Assembly (NCBI GenBank): GCA_002104905.1
Contig: MCFE01000045.1
Coordinates: forward strand, 62,001 to 126,000
Origin: Basidiobolus meristosporus CBS 931.73
Taxonomy: Eukaryota; Fungi; Basidiobolomycota
Length of the DNA stretch: 64,000 bases
Direction of reading: 5' to 3'
Made by a program: the position numbers and the translations under genes. Shown here piece by piece: positions 48,809 to 61,597 of this stretch (position 1 is its first letter; each line of letters starts with the position of its first letter). The notes under the pieces are model-generated. The model was not told the origin of the DNA. It searched no databases and saw only the letters and a program-made list of their open reading frames with translations.

Positions 48809-51800
48809 TGATTACCCATGCATTGTGGCTGCTTAGTGTCTTAATGCCATAGGCATAGGTGTCTCCATGTGCACATCTGTTCTCATTATTTCCCACCTCT
48901 TCCTGGTGATCCTCAATGTACCAACTCATCACATCCATAACAGACTTGAAAGTAATAATCCTGGTAAGATTTGGATATGGTAGTACCTGCAACTTGACTT
49001 GTCTTCCTATCTCCCACACATATGCACCTTAGGAAACTCCCAGAAGGTGAAGCAAGGCCCAATATTCTCCACACACCAAGCAAGATGGAGTAGTAAATGG
49101 ATACAGCAGCAGCAGAGATCTATGCATTCAGCTCTATGTTTGTAGTATAGCTGCTCTAATCATGTTACAAGCTCTTTGCACAAAAGCTGTAGATGCATCA
49201 ATTTGGCATTGGTGACCCGCTTCTGGATAAATAATCCTACAATACCTACATCTGACTCCCAATGCTTCCAATATACTCATGATAGAAATGACTTCAGAAG
49301 GCCACTTGAACAAACACATATCCAGTTCATGCAGTCCTTGCACTTGTATTGTTGCACATGCCTATGAATGTTGATTGGAGCCCATGAGAAGTACTTAGGG
49401 TAGCAGATGCTCTGTAATATTTTGCCAATTCTTTCAGATTTATCAGGAATCTCAAAGGGCTCATTTAGCTTGAAATGTCCTATGTACCATTTGATTGTCA
49501 GTGTAGGGATATGGCTGAACGGCAAGTGCATTGCTCCCCATAGAAAGCTTTTGCTCCAATAGATAGACTCTATCTTCAGTATCTCCAATTTCCAATTAAT
49601 TCTATATTCTGGTCAATGGCTTATAGCTTGCCAACTCTGCTGCAATTGCATGCTGACTTTTGTATGCTCTCTGTGGGATAGTGCTGTTCTTAGTGTTGAT
49701 GTTTGGGTAATAATAATGTGTGTGAGTAATAGCATATGTCCCCTGGTTCTCACATATTCAACAGCAATATTGCCCATTGTCCCCACAAAAGCCAGTTATC
49801 TTGCTGATGGCTGGGGTATCTCCAATACACATAATAATATGTTCTTTGACATGACAGCCATTTACTATTATCCTATTAGAAAGCATACAAAATTCATCCA
49901 GCAATGGATACAAGTAGCTATTTAGGTTGGGCAGTGATTTAGGCCCAGATACCAGTGAGACTACTGTCCAATTTCTGACCTGTTACTGTAAGCTGGGTGG
50001 TAAGTTCAGGTTGATGATAATCAGTAGCCAGCAGGATTTGCTGGTAGAGTACTAGTTTGATGAGAATCTATCAAGTGCTAAGGCAAAGGCTTGGTCATAC
50101 ATACCTTCAATGTAGATCTTACTTCTTAACTGTTTGTAATGTTTGCCATCAAATGTATCAGATATGTTTGTGCTTGACATATACAAGTGTGATACTTTAT
50201 AGCTTCACAATATTTGTTGGACCTCATAAGCTTCTTTTGATGGGGTATTACTGGAATATGTCTGGCGTGTGAACAATGTTTTATATGTTGCCAGTCACAT
50301 GAAAGTTGTCCATTTATACCATGTACATGGTAAGTTGCATCCCAGGATGCTTTTGGCATGGACTAGTATTAAGTCCTCAAAGCCCCCATTATAGGTATTA
50401 GTGAAAAGGCACCACTTCACTAGCCACAACATCACATCATACTCCAGTGAGTGGATTACTGGGCTCACATGACTCCATAAAGTATCCTGGGCATTTTCTT
50501 CCATGGGCGTTGTCTCATTGAATAATGAGATTTTGCCAGGCTCATGCGGGGTACTGTTGTTGGGGAAGATAGGCTCACAATTCATCAGTGAGCCTGCTTC
50601 TTCAGCGGTATCACTCTGCGTGCCATATTCAGTAGGCTGGGGCAAGCCTAAAGGCATCACAAACTCACCTGACTCAGTTTGCATAAGGTGACAAGTATGG
50701 CTAGGTGCCATTATAGAATTATCCATCAGCCAGCTAGATATTGTTGGTACAGTAGTTACTGGTGAATGGTCAAATATGACATGTGTGGCAAAACACTAGT
50801 ATGATCCTTGTAATACTTCCTATGCTGTCTGTGTGCTTCTGGCTGAGAGGCTTGCCACAAAATCCACATGGTCTTTTTTCTCTTCTCTTATGGTTTTGAG
50901 TCAAAGTAGTCTTATCCATGAGGCAAACAGCTTGACATTTAACAATGTAAAGTTATTATATCACTTTTTTGTTAATATTAATGAGAATTTAAGAAAGACT
51001 TGTACTTGAGACTTTGCACCTACATGAATGTAAGATTCAATGGTGACCTACCATAGTAAGCATTATAAATAAAGTTGTGGCACCACATATACACATATAT
51101 GTAGCACCATTTCCCCTTTGATTTGACTCAATTCTGTATATATGCCACCAAAAAATAAAGCAAAGTTGTCTGATTCCAAACTAAGCCCTACTACCGGTGT
51201 AGTGGGGTGACAGTGACACCCACTGACAGATGTGCTCATTCCTGTCTTTTCTACTTCCCTATATCTCTACTACACTTATTTTAGTTTTATCCCATTTGTC
51301 TTACCCAATTAGTACTATCCCATAAGCTGGTTGACTATCACACCTGCTTACCTTATTGCATAAGTTACCCCTCACTTTATGTAAGATTACTAGCTATAAG
51401 TACTTCTATATTAGGCAAGTACCCGCGCCAGTACCCGTGACACATGATCAACCTGTGTCACCATCCCTACCATACACAGGTTTCAGAATACTGATTCCTG
51501 ATTGGTTGGATGTGCTGTGCCTCTTAGAACCTTCCAGCACCTACTTAGAACATTCTTAGGTCATTCTGATGTCATTAAGATTTCTATTGATATCCGGAAC
51601 CTTCTGGAACACCATGATTAGTAATCACTTAGCCAGTAAGAAAAGTATATAAGGGAGGCTATCCCTCAACAATAAATCATCATCCCTTTTATCAATATAC
51701 AGACTTGTTGATTAGTGTGATCACTGCTACCTGCTGCTACCTGAACTTCCAACCCCAGACCACAGGAAACTCCCAGGAAACCGTGCTGACAGCCAACTGA

Positions 51801-53765
51801 CCTTGGAGGCACTACTTGTGAGGAATACTCAGAGTAGGTAACTTTTATTATATTTGATTCTTTCCCAAGTTTGTTCTTGTACAGGCAAAGATATTTTTCT
51901 GTCTTTGCAACTATTGACCACAGCTGCATTCTTATCAAGTCCCTGCTGGTGGAGTTTACAGTTGTTTTGACTTTGGATGCTTTAGTACATTGTCATCTCA
52001 AAGGACGCTGAACCCAGCACATACTTTTGTTAAGACGCCAACTAAGTTGGGGATTGTAGCTCAATAGTTTTCCCTTGACAAGCTTGTGGCTTTATTCCCC
52101 TTCACATTAGATTAGAGACAGAACCCATGTATTCCTAGCAAGCGTTTGCCAGAGGTTATTGCACCCAGTGAACACCCCACACACAAAACACTTGAGAAGT
52201 GTTGGACGTATCTCTCCCTTGGACTTATACACCACAACACCGGCAGCAGTAGAAGAACAGTTGGACAACACCTGCTTTGACATTCAGTGCAATAAGGGGG
52301 CTACAGCAAAAAAAGGCCCTGCAGACAGTGTGCCCACTGAAGGTAATAACACAGACTCCTTAGGCTCTCAGTCAAGTGGGCAATTTGTTATCTCTGCAGA
52401 GCTGCCAGCTGACCATAATGCTGAGGCAGATGAGAATGTAGCAAAAGCAGTACCTTTGGGTGAAGACCAGCAAGTTGCAGTTATAACATCATCACCACCT
52501 GTATTAGCAATTATGCTGTCAGCTCATACCAAGGCATTTATGCAGCAATTAGGTGCAGTAGCTGATAGGATAGATGCAATTGCCTAGAGAAATCAGGAAC
52601 TGATCCAGAAACCAGATGAGAGGATCAAAGGTGTTGAGCAATCAATATCCCAGGTAGAGAATGCAGTATCTTTACTGCAAAGAAGGATCTCAAGTAGCTT
52701 AATGCCATAGCCAAGAAGTGAGCCTTTTCCCAATGTAAATGCAAAGGAACACTGTAGAGTCTTTGAAGCACAACAACAGTGCCCAAAGATAAAGCCCACC
52801 AAAAAGCCTATCAAAGCATGGGAGGGAGTCAATGTAGTGATTATACCAAATCCTAAAAATTGAAAGACATTGAAGATCTGTGAAGCCATTGAATGTAATG
52901 ATGAGGAGTGGGCTAATATTCACAAGGCTGTTAGAAGTCCATCACACTAACATCTTAAGGCTGGCATACCATGGGACCATCAAGAACTCAAGGCCAACTA
53001 GAATGTGCTTGACCTGCTCTGTGAGCATTATCCTGGGTTAAAATCAGCAAACAGATTTTGGGCCAGCATTGGCATGCTAAGAAGGTATCTTAAGAATAGC
53101 AGAAACTATTAAAGGCCATGGAACAAGGGTACAATGGCTTAACACCAGCAGCTTCCTCAAGAGCCTGTCACAAGCATGGCCAAAAGCTCCAAACAAGCAT
53201 TAAAGAGACACCTGGTAGCTGGAAGAGTGCTAATAAGGGGAAAGCAGGCAGACACAGGTACACCAGCACAGCATTCACCAAGGAAACATTGTAGTTCTAC
53301 TCAAGAAACACTCAATTAAAGTAGCAGTGAAGGACCTGGCGGTGCTTAAAACCAGCAGCTCTCTCAGGATCCTGTCACAGCATGGGCTGAGAGCCTGAAA
53401 CAAGCAGAAAAGATGCATCAGGCTGCCTGCTGATTGACAGCAAGGGAAAAGCAGGCCAAAACAGATGCATCAGAGCAGTATTTATCAAGCAGAGAACATA
53501 ATGTGGTACAAGAAGCACTCAGACAAAGTATCAATGAAAGACCTTGCAGTGACAAAGGAAAAAAAGTCTACCCAATCCAGAGACAGGGACGTGCAAGAAA
53601 AAATCTGCAGCTCTTGCCAGTTAATGCCGTAAGGCCAGAGCAGACTGGATTCCATCATATCCAAGAAGAGTTACCAACAAGAAAATAGCTGCGTTCACAA
53701 GAGTTGGAAGCCAAACCAGTTGAGCTATACTCCAGTGATGTGGATGAGTTTGCAGCAAAAGGCAA
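48809..53765 (-). mobile_element. Truncated CACTA-like copy: transposase on - (ATG 50919), second gene on + (ATG 51142)
   Basis: Reverse-complement homology to 1-4980 without the foldback insertion. The second gene is interrupted by solo LTR C. Confidence 0.75.
51198..52239 (+). mobile_element. Solo LTR, family C (1042 bp)
   Basis: TGTAGTGG...CCACAACA with 4-bp TSD CCGG/CCGG. Highly similar to 2711-3781 in inverted orientation. Confidence 0.88.
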
Positions 53766-54574
53766 CTCATCTCCTATGAAAAATAATTTGGTCCCACATG
53801 TGGATCCAATCCAGATCAGTAGTCAAGATCCTGTTTAGAGACCATCAAAATACCAGCAGCTTGGAATTAGTGACCCTCTTAACAATCTTATGACAGGGCC
53901 ACAATGGTGTTTTGCAAATTTAATTACCAAATAAAGGGATAACACTTGACAAGATTTGATTAGAGCTGTGACAATAATTGCATGGTACTGTTGCAGTCTT
54001 TTAGCGTTCTACAGCTATTTTAAGTGGATCCAACCAGCCAGGACATCCAATTCGCTTATATGGTAGGATATCTAACGGTATTTTGACGGCCTCACAGTGA
54101 GACTCTGATGGCATTATATTGGCAGTATGATGGCCTACAGCTGGGTCTGTATAATGCTACTGTACCAATTTACCAAATGGCATTTCCTTTTTCTACCTCC
54201 CCTTGTGCAATTCATATATTCCACTGTAGAATCATCCCTCTTTATTTGCTGACCCACTACTACCTTGTGTATTCCACATATAGTTTGAATCAGAAAAAAC
54301 TATGGCTTCTTGCTTACTGACCTCCACAACCATGCACACCTGCCACAATTGACATACTTCAATCACCTAAACTTCATGGCTTTTTAGTGTGATACTTGCA
54401 AAGTTGCAATACACCTTGTACTGGTGATAACCTACAAGACCTGCAAACATATGCATGGTTATTGCCACTTTTGCCATGAATACCTCCTGAATATCCACAA
54501 AGAACTTCTCAGTATTTAGCCAATATATTCCTTCTCCCTGCTGGTTTCTAGTCCCCCTTATAGGTGTGCTTACA

Positions 54575-54769
54575 TTTATTGCAAAATAAAGGTCAAAAAT
54601 TGTATTTTATCCTGCCCAATGGGTGAAGCACAGGGGCTGCTTTGCATGATAATGAATATCTATGTTTTACACTCTGTGGCCAAGTACAGGTCTGCTTGGC
54701 CTCCCTGGCACACTAAGGCATCTTTTGGCACCTATAGCTCAATGTAGCACTATCCAACAGAACAAGTCT
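54575..54769 (-). mobile_element. Foldback-family remnant
   Basis: Ends GAACAAGTCT|ATTGAATGGTG, the same insertion site as 16613. Confidence 0.75.
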
Positions 54770-54929
54770 ATTGAATGGTGTATTATTGTCTGGTGACCAA
54801 GAGAAGTCTGGCATTCCTTGGTAGAGCTTTCCTAATAAAAATTAGGTGCTTGTTGCACCCAACCCAACTTTGCATTACTTAACTGATTACGCATGCATTG
54901 GGGCTGCTTAGCTCTTAATGCCATGAGCA

Positions 54930-55278
54930 TGTTGTAAAAATTTGTACTTCCACATAAATATTCACCTAACTTAGACACTTAGATCATCACATTCAAATCC
55001 TAGAGAGTACTGACCAAATTCCTTGTTGGGATTTACTTAGAATATTTTCACCAAAATACCAGGTACCCAGAACATAAAAATTCTCAAAGTTGTCCAAACA
55101 GCCCCAAACTTTGCACACATGTTCTTGGGACCTTCCTTAACCTATCCTACGTGTTTGTAATGCCAAGACCAGGTAAAAGTATAAATACTACTTTTACATT
55201 CAATAAATCATTAAGTGAAAACCACATAATCTACTAGTTCTCCAAATCACTTCCAATATCTCCAAGACTCTTACAACA
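54930..55278 (+). mobile_element. Family B LTR (chimeric), left end of the composite insertion
   Basis: 349 bp TGTTG...CAACA. Left flank GAGCA in CACTA transposase; right flank identical in kind to that of B2 (GAATGAACAGTGG...). Confidence 0.9.
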
Positions 55279-55475
55279 GAATGAACAGTGGCATAAAGCC
55301 GTTGGGTCCCCACCAAAGTTGTGGAACCAGAACATTACAGCAGAAATACTTATTGAGTGGCAGATTTTAATGGAGTTACTAATTGAGTGTGAGGTTGGGC
55401 TTAATGTTAGTGTAGGGTATAGGGACTTGTATAGCGTGATACAATTGGCAACTAAGGTATAACTGAAGCTTCAAT
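55279..55475 (+). repeat. Duplicate of the B2 right flank 48278-48473
   Basis: About 7 differences in 197 bp. Confidence 0.9.
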
Positions 55476-57273
55476 TTGCAAACTTGGTCAGCATTCTTCC
55501 AAATAATCCATTAAACCATTCAGTGACTCCATTAGTTCTGGGGTGATATGCCAAGGTTTTCAAGTGTTTGATCTGCTGCATTTCCAGGTAAGCTTCCAAT
55601 GTCTTTGCCATAAAGTTTGCACCTCTATTGGACACAATCTCTATAGGGCATTCCAACATCATAAGGATCTCATGGTAGATGAAACTTGCAATTTCTTGTT
55701 CACTGGCTATAGCATGTTTACACCAGCTTCTCAATGTCATGTTTCATTCTGGGCCACCATGCTCTGGCTTGCACAAGGCTATAGGTTCTCTCAGCTCCAA
55801 GATGTCCATATCTGTTGTGTAGCTTATGCATAAATCCAGGCAAGCAACTTAAGGGCAATAGGTGATAGGGCTTCCATCAACAATTTGGTTGAGTGTTTCA
55901 TCCTGTACTACAAACTTGCTGGCTTCATCCCAGATTGTCTTCTTGATATCTTCATCCACCTCATTAAGAATGGCTTGATCCTCCAAGTACTTTAGTAATA
56001 GGCTAGGCCAATCTGATTCATGCACCAAGTTGAGTTGTGTAACATGTTCTAATCTTGGTAAAGCATCAGCAACCATGTTGTTTTTTCCAGGGCAGTAGAT
56101 AATCTCCAAATCAAATTGCTGAACGTATTCACTTCATCTTGGCATTCTTCTAGAGAGTACCCTCTGAGTAAATCTATACTTGATGGAGGCATGATCAGTC
56201 TTCACAGTGCATTTGACTCCTTCAATATAGCATCTCCATGTATTCAAACAGTGTATTATAGCAAGCATCTCCTTCTCATGCACTGGATAGTTTTGTTCTG
56301 CTGAGTTCAGTGTCTTGGATTCAAAGACAAGGGGGTAGTCCTTTCCATTGTGTTCTTGGCTTAACACTTCATCAATTGCATAATCTGAAGCATCTGTGCA
56401 CAGAGTAAACTCTTTTCTGAAGCCAGGTATTCTTTAGCTTGGTAGCTTAGCAAGTTCATTCTGCAGCATCTGGAAGGCAGCCTCACAAGCTATGTCCCAC
56501 TTGTAGATATTGTCTTTTGTGAGCATCTGGAAGGCAGCCTTGCAAGCTATGTCCCACTTGTAAGTATTGTCTTTCTTGGGGATATCAGTTAAAGGGACTG
56601 CAATACTTGCAAAGGACTTGACAAATCTCTGATAATAGGAAACCATTCCAAGGAATCATCTGGGCCATGATATGCTATGGGGATGCTTTAGATTCTTGAT
56701 AACTTCAACCTTCTTAGGGTCTAAGGTTACTCCTGTGCTAGTCACTATGTGTCCCTGATATTCAACATGTTCCTTGAGGAATTCACACTTGGGTACCTTG
56801 GCATAAAGCTTGTTCACTCTTAGCTTCTTCAAGACCTTTTCAATGTGCAATAAGTGATCCTCTTCTGTCTTGATGTACATCAATATATCATCTAGGTAGA
56901 TTATCGCAAACTTTTCTAAGTACTCCCAGAAGACAGTCTGCATCAGGGTCATGAATGGTGCAGGGGCATTGGTGAGGGCAAAACTCATGACTAAGTACTT
57001 CTAATGTCCATATCTGGTCCTGAATGCTGTCTTACAGATGTCTTCTGGCTTCACCCTAATCTGCTTATACCCTGACATGAGGTCAATCTTGCTGAAAAGA
57101 ATGGCTCCATTGAATTGACCTAAAAGCTGATCAATCCAAGGTATGGGGTACTTATTCTTCACAGTAACTGATCTGGGATAGATATTCTTCTGGTGTATGG
57201 AAGGTGAGTTCTGAGTCTTCTTCAAATTCATCCTCCATGTTACTATGCTCCAGGGCCTGAATATGGTCAAAGG
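55476..57273 (-). pseudogene. Inverted duplicate of gypsy pol 25735-27532
   Basis: Same ORF fragments, same 57-bp tandem duplication and same junction to a family B 5' LTR (AAAGG is the reverse complement of CCTTT). Confidence 0.92.
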
Positions 57274-57626
57274 TGTTGTAAAAATTTGTATTTCCACCTA
57301 AATATTCACCTAACTTAGTCACTTAGATCATCACCTTCAAATCCTAGAGAATACTGACCAAATTCCTTGTTGGGATTTATTTAGAATATTTTCACCAAAA
57401 TACCAGGTACCCAGAACATAAAAATTCTCAAAGTTGTCCAAACAGCCCCAAACTTTGCACACATGTTCTTGGGACCTTCCTTGGCCTATTCTGTGTGTTT
57501 GTAATGCCAAGACCATGTAAAAGTATAAATACTACTTTTACATTCAATAAATCATTAAGTGAAAACCACATAATCTACTTGTTCTCCAAATCACTTCCAA
57601 TATCTCCAAGACTCTTACAACAGGTT

Positions 57627-59918
57627 ATGAGCCCCATGCTGTCACTCTCTGCAATGTCTACTACTGCTATTACTGGAATTTTTCCCTCTGCTGAAAAGTT
57701 GGATGGATCTAACTACCAAGTGTGGAAGGTGAAGATGAAGATGCTGCTACAAGAAAGAGGCCTTTGGGATATTGTCATGGGAGAAGAATGCCCTCCTAAA
57801 AATGTGGGAGAGGAAGCCTTAAAGTACCAGAAGAAAGAACAAAGTGCCTTTAACTGCATTTGCCTTAATGTCAAGGACAAATTGCTAATTCAATGCTCAA
57901 GAGCAAAAACGGCAAAGAATGCCTGGAAAGCATTAGAAGACACCTACCAGTCATGTTCAGCTGCCAAGAAAATGTATCTGAGACAAAAATTCTTTACTAC
58001 AAAGATGCTGCCAGGAGAAGAAATGAAAAATCTAATTAACAGAATTACCCTGCTGGTAGATGAGATGGAATCTGTGGGCGTACCAACTACTGATGAGGAT
58101 GTGATAGTTACCATCCTGAATAGCCTGACAGACAAGTTTCAGGGCCTTGTATCAGCCCTAGAGTCCAGAACTGAAGATTTGACCTTATATTACGTATATG
58201 TAAGGCTCCTGGATGAAGAATTAAGAAAATCAAGCGCCAATAAGAAGGAAGAAGAAAATGCTTTGACAAGCAATGACAACCAACAAAGGAGGTACCCAAG
58301 ACCCTACAAAGGCAACAGCAACCTGTTTTGTAAATACTGCAAAAGGAAAGGACACACATCAGACCGGCGTCTCACAAAGAAAGATAATCAGCAAAAGAAG
58401 CCTGAATATGGAAATGCTGCAACAACTGAAGATACACTATTCATATCTGCACTAAATATGACCACAAGCAAGGATTCTCAGATGTGGTATATTGACTCTG
58501 GAGCATCTCAACACTTTACACACCAAAAAGAACTCTTTACCCAATATCAAGAAATTCCAATTAAGAAGGTTTTCATGGGTGACAATAGAGCACTTGATGC
58601 AGTGGGAGAAGGAACTATCCAAGTAAGCCTTGGAAGCAGTGAAGGAAGCCATACACTGACCTCTACAGAAGTACTCTATGTACCAGAAATAGCCAAGAAC
58701 CTACTCTCTGTAAGCAAGGCCACAGCAGAAGGACTCAGTTTCAGTTTTGACAATTCTGGATGCAGGATCACTGATCAAAATGGTGCTCATATTGCTTTGG
58801 ACATCAGAGATCAGAATCTATACAAGTTGACTTATATTCCATCATATCTGGAAGCCGATATAAGTAACTTAAATGAAGAAACACCAATGCATTGGCACAG
58901 GAAATTTGGACACATCAATTTTGATTATTTGCGCAAAATGATCAAAGATCAGCTAATTTCTGGAGTGAAAATTGATCCCCCAGCTAATTTGGAGCACTGT
59001 GAAGCCTGCATATATGGGAAACAAGTCAGACAACTGTTCATGAGCTCTGGGTTAATCAAAGCTAAGAAAAAATTAGATCTAATTCAATCAGATCTGTGTG
59101 GACCTATGCAAAACTTATCCTTAGGTGGGATGAAGTACTTCATCACCTTTATTGATGATTATACAAGATACACATGGGTCTACTTCATGGAGAGAAAGGA
59201 AGAATCTCTGTCTAAGCTCAGGGAGTTTAAGGCCATGGTGGAGAGAGAAACTGGTGAAAAAATCAAGAAAATACGCTCTGACAATGGGGGAGAATATACC
59301 TCAAAACTCTTCATCCACTTGTGCAAAATTCATGGGATAAAGCAAGAGACTACTGTACCCTACTCCCCACAGCAAAATGGAGTAGCAGAACAAGCTAACA
59401 GATCAATAATTGATATGGCAAGATCTATGATCCATGATCAAAAATTATCCTATGATTTTTGGGCGGAATCAGTTGCCACTGCTGTATACCTTAAAAATAG
59501 GAGTTATAACAGAATACTTTGTGATTCTACTCCATTTGAAGCATGGTATGGATACAGACCAAGTGCAGAACATCTAAGAATATTTGGGTGTACAGCATAT
59601 GCCAAAAAACTGGCCGGAAATCAGTCAAAATTTGAGCCAACAAGTGAAAAATGCATATTTTTGGGCTACTGCAATGAGAGTAAGGCATACAGACTCTACA
59701 ATACCAAAGCAAAGAAGCTTATCAAGTCCATGGATGTGTTGTTTGATGAAAATTCAAAATTTTCACAAAAAATGACATCAGATGATGACAAAAATTTGAT
59801 CTCAAGTCCACCAATTGTCAGGATTGAATCAGAGCAAAACAATGAAAATTTTTCACTCCAGAGGACTCTACAACTGTGGTTCAGCCGGAATCAGTACCCA
59901 GGAATATCCCAGAAGTGA
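57627..59918 (+). CDS. Copia B gag-protease-integrase ORF
   Basis: First ATG after the LTR lies in the PBS. Contains KLDGSNYQVW, WYIDSGAS, HRKFGH/CEAC, DDYTR, SDNGGEY and QNGVAE. The track start at 57495 is a GTG inside the LTR. Confidence 0.8.
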   Translation: MSPMLSLSAMSTTAITGIFPSAEKLDGSNYQVWKVKMKMLLQERGLWDIVMGEECPPKNVGEEALKYQKKEQSAFNCICLNVKDKLLIQCSRAKTAKNAWKALEDTYQSCSAAKKMYLRQKFFTTKMLPGEEMKNLINRITLLVDEMESVGVPTTDEDVIVTILNSLTDKFQGLVSALESRTEDLTLYYVYVRLLDEELRKSSANKKEEENALTSNDNQQRRYPRPYKGNSNLFCKYCKRKGHTSDRRLTKKDNQQKKPEYGNAATTEDTLFISALNMTTSKDSQMWYIDSGASQHFTHQKELFTQYQEIPIKKVFMGDNRALDAVGEGTIQVSLGSSEGSHTLTSTEVLYVPEIAKNLLSVSKATAEGLSFSFDNSGCRITDQNGAHIALDIRDQNLYKLTYIPSYLEADISNLNEETPMHWHRKFGHINFDYLRKMIKDQLISGVKIDPPANLEHCEACIYGKQVRQLFMSSGLIKAKKKLDLIQSDLCGPMQNLSLGGMKYFITFIDDYTRYTWVYFMERKEESLSKLREFKAMVERETGEKIKKIRSDNGGEYTSKLFIHLCKIHGIKQETTVPYSPQQNGVAEQANRSIIDMARSMIHDQKLSYDFWAESVATAVYLKNRSYNRILCDSTPFEAWYGYRPSAEHLRIFGCTAYAKKLAGNQSKFEPTSEKCIFLGYCNESKAYRLYNTKAKKLIKSMDVLFDENSKFSQKMTSDDDKNLISSPPIVRIESEQNNENFSLQRTLQLWFSRNQYPGISQK

Positions 59919-61597
59919 TCATTCCAGTATCAAATGCCCGGAGATCCAATTGGACAAGAAATAGCCCAAATTACTATATTAATGAGGGTACAAACTTAGC
60001 CTATGCCTATTTAGTCCTTATTGATGAACCCCAGACTGTAAAAGAGGCCCTAAATAGCCCTCAGACAAAGTTTTGGAGATCTGCAATGACTGAGGAATAT
60101 GAGGCACTGATGGAAAATCAAACTTGGGACTTAGTCAAATTACCAATCAACCAAAAATCAATTGGATGCAGATGGGTCTTCAAGACAAAATACAAGGCTG
60201 ATGGTACAATTGAAAGATACAAAGCAAGACTTGTAGCCAAAGGATACTCTCAAACAACAGGACTTGACTATACTGAGACCTTTACACCGGTAGCCAAGTT
60301 TAATTCCATCAGATTAACATTGGCTATTGCAGCCAAATATAAGTTTTTTATTCATCAAATGGATGTAAAAACTGCATTTTTGAATGAAGAACTTGATGAG
60401 GACGTGTATATGGACCAGCCTGATGGGTTTGCTGACCAAGATAACCCCCATTTGGTCTGCAAGCTTAAAAAGTCACTATATGGTCTCAAACAATCACCGA
60501 GAGCCTGGAATTGCAAAATAGATTCTTATTTGGAATCTTTGAGTTTCAAAAGGAGTAATACTGACTATAGTATATACTATAAGCCAGATAGAGCAAATCC
60601 AGTTCTATTAGCTCTATATGTGGATGATCTTATTATAGCCGCCAATAGCCTAGAAACATTGGAAGAGACTAAATCCAGCCTATCTAAGGAGTTCAAGATG
60701 TCCAATCAAGGAGAGCTTAGTTACTACTTAGGGATTAAGTTCTCCATAGACAGAAGTACCCAGACTATTACCCTAAGCCAATCCAAGTATATTCAAGATA
60801 CACTAAAGAAGTACAAAATGGAAGACTGTAAACCGGTAGCTACCCCAATGGAAACAAACCTTAACTTGGTCAAAACTCAACCAAATCAAGAGAGCTTGGT
60901 GCCATCTGAAAGCCCTGACTTTCCTTATCAATCTATGGGCGGCAGTCTGATGTATAGCATGCTTGGAACCTGTCCAGATATCTCATATTCAGTGGGAGTT
61001 GTCAGCCAACATAATCAGAATTATGGATCTGATCATATTGCAGCAGTTAAGCGGATTTTTAGATACCTAAAAGGAACTGCTGATATCTGCTTAAGATACA
61101 CTTATAAGGAGTCAGAACAGGATCTTGTGGGATACTCTGATGCTAATTGGGGACAAAATTTGGAAGACAGAAGATCCACCACAGGATACACCTTTCTTTA
61201 CTGTAAAGGAGCAATTTCATGGAATTCAAGAAAGCAACCAACTGTAGCACTTTCTACTACAGAGGCAGAGTATATGGCAGCCTGTGAAGCTACAAAAGAA
61301 GCAATGTGGTTAAGAGAGCTCTTTACAGATTTAGGCCTATGTCAAAAAACTCCTATTACTTTATTTCAAGATAATCAAGGATGTATACAATTAGGTAGAA
61401 ATCCAACTTTTCATACTAGAACCAAGCACATAGATATTAGACATCATTTCATACATGAAGCTATAGAGAATAACTTAGTTAGCTTAGTTTACTGTCCTAC
61501 GGATGAAATAATTGCAGACATATTTACCAAACCATTAGCTAGAGACAAGTTTGAATATCTTAGGTCAAAATTAGGACTAGTCAGTATGAACATTTAG
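59846..61597 (+). CDS. Copia B RT-RNase H ORF in the -1 frame relative to the upstream ORF
   Basis: Frame opens right after TGA 59843-59845. Contains [48 protein letters not shown] and ADIFTK. There is no ATG near its start. Confidence 0.8.
   Translation, partial: KFFTPEDSTTVVQPESVPRNIPEVIIPVSNARRSNWTRNSPNYYINEGTNLAYAYLVLIDEPQTVKEALNSPQTKFWRSAMTEEYEALMENQTWDLVKLPINQKSIGCRWVFKTKYKADGTIERYKARLVAKGYSQTTGLDYTETFTPVAKFNSIRLTLAIAAKYKFFIHQMDVKTAFLNEELDEDVYMDQPDGFADQDNPHLVCKLKKSLYGLKQSPRAWNCKIDSYLESLSFKRSNTDYSIYYKPDRANPVLLALYVDDLIIAANSLETLEETKSSLSKEFKMSNQGELSYYLGIKFSIDRSTQTITLSQSKYIQDTLKKYKMEDCKPVATPMETNLNLVKTQPNQESLVPSESPDFPYQSMGGSLMYSMLGTCPDISYSVGVVSQHNQNYGSDHIAAVKRIFRYLKGTADICLRYTYKESEQDLVGYSDANWGQNLEDRRSTTGYTFLYCKGAISWNSRKQPTVALSTTEAEYMAACEATKEAMWLRELFTDLGLCQKTPITLFQDNQGCIQLGRNPTFHTRTKHIDIRHHFIHEAIENNLVSLVYCPTDEIIADIFTKPLARDKFEYLRSKLGLVSMNI

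Noticed and set aside
57495-57626. 44-codon N-terminal extension of copia B gag through the LTR (also 43816 and 25513)
   Set aside because: It starts at a GTG upstream of the TATA box, so it is unlikely to be on the transcript.
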